Assembly: GCA_017435485.1 (NCBI GenBank)
Contig: JAFSEY010000007.1
Location: 51,819-115,818 of the forward strand
DNA length: 64,000 nucleotides
Source of the DNA: Bacilli bacterium
Lineage (GTDB): Bacteria; Bacillota_I; Bacilli_A; RF39; UBA660
Reading direction: 5' to 3'
The first letter of the stretch is position 1. Every line of letters starts with the position of its first letter. The position numbers were made by a program, and so were the translations under genes. The notes beneath the pieces were generated by a model. That model saw only the letters and a list, made by a program, of their open reading frames with translations, made no database searches and was not told the origin of the DNA. This document shows, in pieces, positions 58,643 to 64,000 of this stretch.

Positions 58643-60121
58643 TTATAATACAATAGCTATTAAATTATTTGACCCTTTGTTAACTATTTTTGTAACAGTA
58701 TTAGAAAGTTTGTAACGGGTATTTTCCGGCATTAAAGATAATTTGGCTCCTATACCTTCTTGAACTATTTCTTCTAAACTTCGCCCAAATATTTCGCTTT
58801 TCCAAATACTAGATGGATCTGTTTCATAATCTTTCATCAAATAGTTAATTAATTCTTTACTTTGTAATTCACTTCCGATAATTGGCTCAAAAGTACTTTC
58901 AACTTCAACTTTCATTAAATGAATAGAAGAAGCGACGGCTTTTAGTTTAACACCATATCTACTTCCTTGTTTAACTATCTCTGGAGTTGCTAGCTTCATA
59001 TCTTTTATACCAGGATACATAATCCCATAGCCAGTTTTTTGGGCCATTTTTAAAGCAGAACGAATTTGTTCCATTTCATTTTTACTTTCCTGATAATTAG
59101 CAAAGATTTTGATTAAACCTGCTTTAGAGGTTGCAGCATCTCCGACCATTTCTTTCAAAGTAGCTTGATAAAGTTCATTAGACGATTCTAAGTTTAAAGT
59201 TATAATTCCAGTTGAAGCATCCAATTCACTTATATAAGCCTTTTTAATATATTCACTTTCTTGATAATATTCAATAATATTTTCAACATCTTTTATTTTT
59301 GTGATGTTTACAACACTTTCTTTAATTTTTGTTAAATAATGTTCTTTTATTTTATGTTCATTTGATAAAACATGAATCCATTTAGGCATATTTACTTTAA
59401 TATCAATCACCGGAAATTCATATAAGGCTTGTTTTAGTATTTCAATAATTTCTTGTTCATTCATGCTTTCAATACTAACCGGCATGACAGGAACATCATA
59501 CATTTCACGAAGTTCATTTACTAACTCAACTGTCTTCGTATTAGTTGGATGGACAGTATTTAATATAACAATAAATGGTTTTCCTATTTCTTTTAATTCT
59601 CCAACAATTTTTTCTTCTGCTTCAATATAACTTTCTCTTTTAATTTCGCCAAATGATCCATCACTTGTTACCACAATTCCAATCGTCGCATGATCTCTAA
59701 TAACCTTTTGGGTGCCTATTTCAGCCGCCTCTACAAAGGGAACTGCTTCCTCAAACCAAGGCGTTTTAACCATCCTTGGATTACCATCTTCATCTTCATA
59801 CCCGTTAGCTTCGGGAATTACATAACCAACACAATCAACAAGTTTAATATCAGTTTTAAACTCTTCAATTTGAATATTGGCTCCATTTGAAGGAACAAAT
59901 TTCGGCTCGGTTGTCATGATAGTTTTTCCTTGAGCACTTTGAGGAATTTCATCTAAACATCTTTTTTTCTCATATTCATCCTTTATATTAGGTACAACAA
60001 TATTTTCAATAAACCTTTTTATAAAAGTACTTTTTCCAGTTCTAACGGCCCCTACTACACCTAAATATATTTCACCGTTTCCTCTTTTTGCTATCGACTG
60101 GATTATAGCGTTTTTTTCCAT
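58643..60121 (-). CDS. spoIVA: Stage IV sporulation protein A (spore coat basement-layer ATPase)
   Basis: N-terminus nearly identical to B. subtilis SpoIVA (IYLGVVGAVRTGKSTFIKRF..., Walker A). Confidence 0.85.
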   Translation of the reverse strand: MEKNAIIQSIAKRGNGEIYLGVVGAVRTGKSTFIKRFIENIVVPNIKDEYEKKRCLDEIPQSAQGKTIMTTEPKFVPSNGANIQIEEFKTDIKLVDCVGYVIPEANGYEDEDGNPRMVKTPWFEEAVPFVEAAEIGTQKVIRDHATIGIVVTSDGSFGEIKRESYIEAEEKIVGELKEIGKPFIVILNTVHPTNTKTVELVNELREMYDVPVMPVSIESMNEQEIIEILKQALYEFPVIDIKVNMPKWIHVLSNEHKIKEHYLTKIKESVVNITKIKDVENIIEYYQESEYIKKAYISELDASTGIITLNLESSNELYQATLKEMVGDAATSKAGLIKIFANYQESKNEMEQIRSALKMAQKTGYGIMYPGIKDMKLATPEIVKQGSRYGVKLKAVASSIHLMKVEVESTFEPIIGSELQSKELINYLMKDYETDPSSIWKSEIFGRSLEEIVQEGIGAKLSLMPENTRYKLSNTVTKIVNKGSNNLIAIVL

Positions 60122-60240
60122 AAAACCATCTCCATTTTTCTAATAAATACTATGACAATATCACTAATTTATACCAACAAAAAAGTAAACACTTCATTCT
60201 TTTATGTTTACTTTTTCTTACAATTCATATTAAATCGTTA

Positions 60241-63200
60241 TTACGAAGCTTTTTCTATATCAATATTCATTTCTAAACCATTAATATCAAAACTTTCAAA
60301 TAAATTATCTTTTTTGATAATATCAACTGATAACGTTTCATTTTTAATATATTCTTCAAACATTGAAATTGTTTTTTCAATATTTTCATTTCCATCATAG
60401 TATAAATTGATACGATCTGCTACATTAAAGTCTTTGTTCTTACGTAATTGTTGTACTTTAGAAACAATTTCACGAGCATTTCCTTCTAAAATTAATTCTT
60501 CGGTTAATGTTGTATCAAGAATAATAAATTCATTATTTTCCATTCCAACATTGAAACCTTCTTTAGATGCAATTCTTATATCGACCATTTCTGGCGTAAT
60601 TTCCTTTTCTTCTGCACCAACTTCTAAAGTAATTGATTCACCTTTTTGTAATGTTGAAATCATATTGGCATCTAATGCTTCTAGTTTAGTTTGGAATTCT
60701 TTAATAAGTGGCCCAAATACTTTACCAACAACTTTAAAGTTTGGTTTCACTGATAAATTCATGTATTCATTTAGATCTGTTACAAATTCAATTTCTTTAA
60801 TATTTAATTCTTCTTCTATTAATGGCACTAAATCAGAAATTAATTCTTTATTTTTACCATCTAATAATGCTTTACTTAATGGTTGACGTACCTTTATCTT
60901 AGTTTCTTCACGAACATAACGTCCGATAGAAATTAAATTTCTTACTAAATCCATTCTTTGTTCAACGTGTTCATCAATTAATTTTTCATCATAGGTTGGA
61001 TAATCAGTTAAATGAACTGATTCTTCACCTGTTAGATTACGATATAGTTCTTCTGAGATATATGGAGTTATTGGAGCAATTAGTTTAGATAATCCAACTA
61101 ATACTTCGTATGTAGTAACATAAACACTTTTCTTAGAATTATCTAGTTCACTACCCCAGAATCTATTTCTATTTCTTCTAATGTACCAGTTAGATAAGTC
61201 TTCTGCTACAAATGAAGATAAATAATGAACTACTTTATTTAAATCATATTCATCAAACGACTCGCGTACATTTTTTACTAATCTATTATATTTTGATAGT
61301 AACCATTTATCTATTTCTTCTCTGTTTTCATAATCAACTTGACATTTATCAATATCAATTCCATCAATGTTAGCATACATCGCAAAGAAACTATAAGTAT
61401 TTTTTAATGGATTAAAGAATTTAGAATAAACTTCTTTTAAACCTTCAATATTAAACTTTAATGGTGTCCATACTGGAGATACATAAGGAAGATAAAATCT
61501 TACAGTATCTGCTCCATATTGTTTAATAGTTGTAAATGGTTCAACTATATTTCCACGCGATTTACTCATTTTCTTACCTTCAGCATCTAAAAGTAAGTCA
61601 TTTACTAAGACATTTTTAAATGGTGAACATCCTTTAACAAAAGTGGAAATTACCATCAATGTATAGAACCAACCTCTTGTTTGATCAATTCCTTCACAAA
61701 TGAAATCAGCTGGAAATTGACTTTCCCATAATTCTTTGTTTTCAAATGGATAATGATATTGCGCAAATGGCATTGCTCCTGAATCAAACCAACAATCTAA
61801 GACATCTGGAATACGTGTCATATTTTGACCACATTTTGGACATTTCAAATGAACATTATCAATGTATGGTTTATGTAAATCAAAATCTTCACCAATTTCT
61901 TCTAACGCTAACTCTTTTAATTCCGCAATTGACCCGATCATATGAGCGTGACCACATTCACATTTCCAATATGGAATCGGACTTCCCCAATATCTACTAC
62001 GAGATACATTCCAATCACGTGCATTAGCTAGCCAATTAGCAAATCTTTTTTCCCCAACATAAGCTGGATACCAGTTTACTTTACTATTTGCTTCAACTAA
62101 CTTATCTGTCATTTCACTAACTTTAATATAATAACTTGGCATTGAATAGTAAATTAATGGAGTATCACATCTCCAACAATGTGGATATTCATGAGCAAGT
62201 TTTTGCCTTTTAAATAATTTATCATTTTCTTTTAAGTAATCTACAACTTCTTCATTTACATCATGAACAAATTTACCTTCCCATAAACCACCAACATAAC
62301 ATCCATCTTTTCCTACCGGATTCAAATATGGTAAGTCATAATTTTTACCAATATTAGCATCATCTTCTCCAAATGCCGGAGCAATGTGAACGATACCAGT
62401 ACCATCTTCCATCGTTACATAACTATCGCAAGTAACAAAGAAAGCTTTTTTATCAACATCGAATGAAGGAACTAATTGTTCATATTCTTGATATTCTAAA
62501 TCTTTTCCTTTATATGTTTCTAAGATAGTTACTTCTTCACCCAGAACTTTTTCAACTAAAGCGCTAGCCACAATAAATTTTGTTCCTTTAGATTCTACTA
62601 AAGAGTATTCTTCATCAGGATTTACACATAAAGCAACATTAGCAATTAATGTCCATGGTGTAGTTGTCCATACCAAGAAATAAACATCTTCATCCTTTTT
62701 CTTAAATGGTACATATACAGTTATAGCTGTATCCGTTTGATAATTTTGAGCAACTTCGTGAGTGGCAAGTCCTGTTCCGCAATGTGGACAATAAGGCACT
62801 ACTCTAGTCCCTTCATAGAACATGTCTTTTTCAAACATTTCTTTTAAAATCCACCACTCAGTTTCAATATACTCATTTTTATAGGTTAAATATGGATTAT
62901 CAACATCAAAAAATTGTCCCATTTTTGCAGTAAGATCTGTAAAAGCATCCTCGTTAGCTCTAACACTCTTACGACATTCTTCATTAAATTTTTCAATGCC
63001 TAATGCTTCGATTTCTTTTTTAGATGAAATTCCTAATTTTTTTTCTACATGATTTTCTATAGGCAAGCCATGCGTATCCCATCCTATTTTTCTGATTACT
63101 TTCTTACCATTCATTACATGATATTTAGTAACACAGTCTTTCAGGTTTTTTGATACCATATGATGAAGTCCAGGAAATCCATTAGCAAATGCTGGACCAT

Positions 63201-63339
63201 CATAGAAGACAAAAGTTTCATTATTTTCATTTTTTTTATTTTGAGCATCGTGCATGGCGTTCATACTCTTCCATGAAGATAAGATCGATTCTTCCACTTC
63301 ACTAACTGGTCTTTTGTCTAATTCTTTAAAATTTTTCAT
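60241..63339 (-). CDS. ileS: Isoleucyl-tRNA synthetase
   Basis: Class I aaRS with editing domain, KMSKS (KKMSKSRGN) and a C-terminal Zn-binding region. Start set at MKNFKELDK (ATG 63339, SD GAAAGGAAAG). Confidence 0.9.
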   Translation of the reverse strand: MKNFKELDKRPVSEVEESILSSWKSMNAMHDAQNKKNENNETFVFYDGPAFANGFPGLHHMVSKNLKDCVTKYHVMNGKKVIRKIGWDTHGLPIENHVEKKLGISSKKEIEALGIEKFNEECRKSVRANEDAFTDLTAKMGQFFDVDNPYLTYKNEYIETEWWILKEMFEKDMFYEGTRVVPYCPHCGTGLATHEVAQNYQTDTAITVYVPFKKKDEDVYFLVWTTTPWTLIANVALCVNPDEEYSLVESKGTKFIVASALVEKVLGEEVTILETYKGKDLEYQEYEQLVPSFDVDKKAFFVTCDSYVTMEDGTGIVHIAPAFGEDDANIGKNYDLPYLNPVGKDGCYVGGLWEGKFVHDVNEEVVDYLKENDKLFKRQKLAHEYPHCWRCDTPLIYYSMPSYYIKVSEMTDKLVEANSKVNWYPAYVGEKRFANWLANARDWNVSRSRYWGSPIPYWKCECGHAHMIGSIAELKELALEEIGEDFDLHKPYIDNVHLKCPKCGQNMTRIPDVLDCWFDSGAMPFAQYHYPFENKELWESQFPADFICEGIDQTRGWFYTLMVISTFVKGCSPFKNVLVNDLLLDAEGKKMSKSRGNIVEPFTTIKQYGADTVRFYLPYVSPVWTPLKFNIEGLKEVYSKFFNPLKNTYSFFAMYANIDGIDIDKCQVDYENREEIDKWLLSKYNRLVKNVRESFDEYDLNKVVHYLSSFVAEDLSNWYIRRNRNRFWGSELDNSKKSVYVTTYEVLVGLSKLIAPITPYISEELYRNLTGEESVHLTDYPTYDEKLIDEHVEQRMDLVRNLISIGRYVREETKIKVRQPLSKALLDGKNKELISDLVPLIEEELNIKEIEFVTDLNEYMNLSVKPNFKVVGKVFGPLIKEFQTKLEALDANMISTLQKGESITLEVGAEEKEITPEMVDIRIASKEGFNVGMENNEFIILDTTLTEELILEGNAREIVSKVQQLRKNKDFNVADRINLYYDGNENIEKTISMFEEYIKNETLSVDIIKKDNLFESFDINGLEMNIDIEKAS

Positions 63340-63352
63340 AAACACTTTCCTT

Positions 63353-63600
63353 TCTAAATAAAAAAACACTCATCCCCAAAGGACGAATGTTATCGTGGTA
63401 CCACCTTATTTTTTTCTCTTTTTTATAACGCAGAATCTCTGCGAATTATCTTACTATTTTCAGATAATTAACTCCAAAGTGATATTAAATAGCTATTCTT
63501 TATTAGTTTGCACCAACCACTAACTCTCTTAAAAGCATTCGCTATTTAACGTGTCTTTTTCAATGTATTTCCTGTATTATACTATTAAATGTTTTATTTT
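63353..63600 (-). promoter_or_regulatory. T-box riboswitch leader of ileS
   Basis: T-box AAGGTGGTACCACGATAACATTCGTCCTTTGGGGATGAGTG + U-run. Its 3' ~48 nt are identical to the valS leader. Confidence 0.7.
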
Positions 63601-63614
63601 TCTAGTCCCAATTA

Positions 63615-63857
63615 TCAAATATTAAAGCTATCTAAAAATGTTTTTAAAACTTTTTGGACTTCTTCTTCCGAATCAAGCTTAGAAATAAATAAATCTTCCT
63701 GACCTTCTTTTTTAATTAATTTACGCACTGCAAAATCTTCTCCTTCTACAGCGGATAGAATTAAATAATCATTATCATCTAATAATAATCTTTTTATTTC
63801 ATAATATTCTTTTCCGTCTTCTAATGTAACAACATTTATTTTTACGTCATCTTGCAT
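63615..63857 (-). CDS. UPF0473/DUF1292 family protein (YrzB-like)
   Basis: 80 aa, acidic: INVVTLEDGKEYYEIKRLLLDDNDYLILSAVEGEDFAVRKLIKKEGQEDLFISKLDSEEEVQKVLKTF. Confidence 0.6.
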   Translation of the reverse strand: MQDDVKINVVTLEDGKEYYEIKRLLLDDNDYLILSAVEGEDFAVRKLIKKEGQEDLFISKLDSEEEVQKVLKTFLDSFNI

Positions 63858-63892
63858 ATTTTCACCTTTTATTCTTTATTTAATCTAATACT

Positions 63893-64000
63893 ACACCAAA
63901 TTCTGCTTCTAAAACTTCTTCTACTGGTAATAAAACTACATAGTCAGGAGTTACTCTTACCTGATTTTCAATAGCAGTTTTATATTTATCATAATATTCT
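63893..64000 (-). CDS. 3' end of an upstream ORF (C-terminus ...TPDYVVLLPVEEVLEAEFGVVLD*), possibly RuvX/YqgF-like
   Basis: Open reading frame runs in from beyond the right edge. In B. subtilis the UPF0473 gene follows the ruvX-like gene, but the fragment is too short to assign. Confidence 0.2.

Noticed and set aside
766-61746. Short ORFs antisense to or nested in large confident genes (766-1008-, 1832-2104-, 8650-8844+, 11582-11779+, 11984-12229+, 12539-12811+, 13194-13427+, 16360-16641+, 22621-23127+, 26779-27003+, 27522-27719+, 31968-32180+, 33643-33966-, 36810-37007+, 38799-39005+, 39673-39876+, 44727-44990+, 49978-50394+, 52643-52867+, 59690-59890+, 60152-60400+, 60407-60886+, 61746-62027+)
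   Set aside because: All lie inside well-supported genes on the opposite strand (or inside ileS). They have low-complexity Ser/Phe/Leu-rich translations typical of antisense AT-rich DNA and lack ribosome-binding sites. Treated as spurious.
54690-63369. Long N-terminal extensions suggested by the ORF track for valS (start 54690), ileS (63369), mraZ (51466), fmt (7732) and the 552-aa protein (16196)
   Set aside because: The extra codons run into T-box terminators or lack an SD. Internal ATGs with good SDs and conserved N-termini were chosen instead.
1-64000. CRISPR arrays, transposases, integrases, prophage genes
   Set aside because: No regularly spaced direct repeats with unique spacers, and no DDE/serine/tyrosine recombinase-like ORFs were found. 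The only repeats are the 2 x 23-bp tandem at 20181-20227 and the ~95-bp PBP-leader duplication.
1-64000. Alternative genetic code (TGA=Trp) as in Mollicutes, considered because of the very low GC
   Set aside because: Large conserved proteins (ileS, valS, priA, mutL, PBPs) are full length under the standard code, with stops where expected.

Overview
This is a chromosomal core segment from an AT-rich (~28-30% GC), endospore-forming low-GC Firmicute, read in the standard genetic code. Almost all genes lie on the minus strand. Sporulation markers are clear: spoIVA, gerE, a stand-alone spoIIIAH, a gerM-like gene and two PASTA-containing class-B PBPs. The window carries translation and housekeeping genes: efp, rpmG, fmt, priA, mutL, yqeG-yqeH, frr, tsf, rpsB, valS and ileS with T-box leaders, and a tRNA-Arg(TCT). 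It also carries a fragmented division/cell-wall (dcw) cluster: mraZ-rsmH-ftsL-pbpB ... spoVD/pbp-mraY-ftsW ... murD-murG-murB-divIB. Three accessory blocks interrupt the dcw cluster. (i) A four-gene phosphorelay: two 7TM hybrid histidine kinases, an Hpt protein and a response regulator with a degenerate HD-GYP output. A transglutaminase-like gene sits beside it, flanked by a duplicated copy of the PBP 5' end. (ii) A surface/nucleoside block: canonical cdd plus a degenerate cdd paralog, a Zn-ribbon membrane protein, a class-B sortase with an NPTTG substrate, a Cys-rich protein and a Tmk-like kinase. (iii) A PP-loop ATPase gene translationally coupled to murD. Elsewhere there is a cohesin/dockerin three-gene module between rpsB and queH; a two-gene operon pairing a large membrane protein with a UPF0473-DeoD fusion; loss of pyrH from the tsf-frr locus; and two near-identical T-box leaders. 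No CRISPR array, transposase or integrase was seen.
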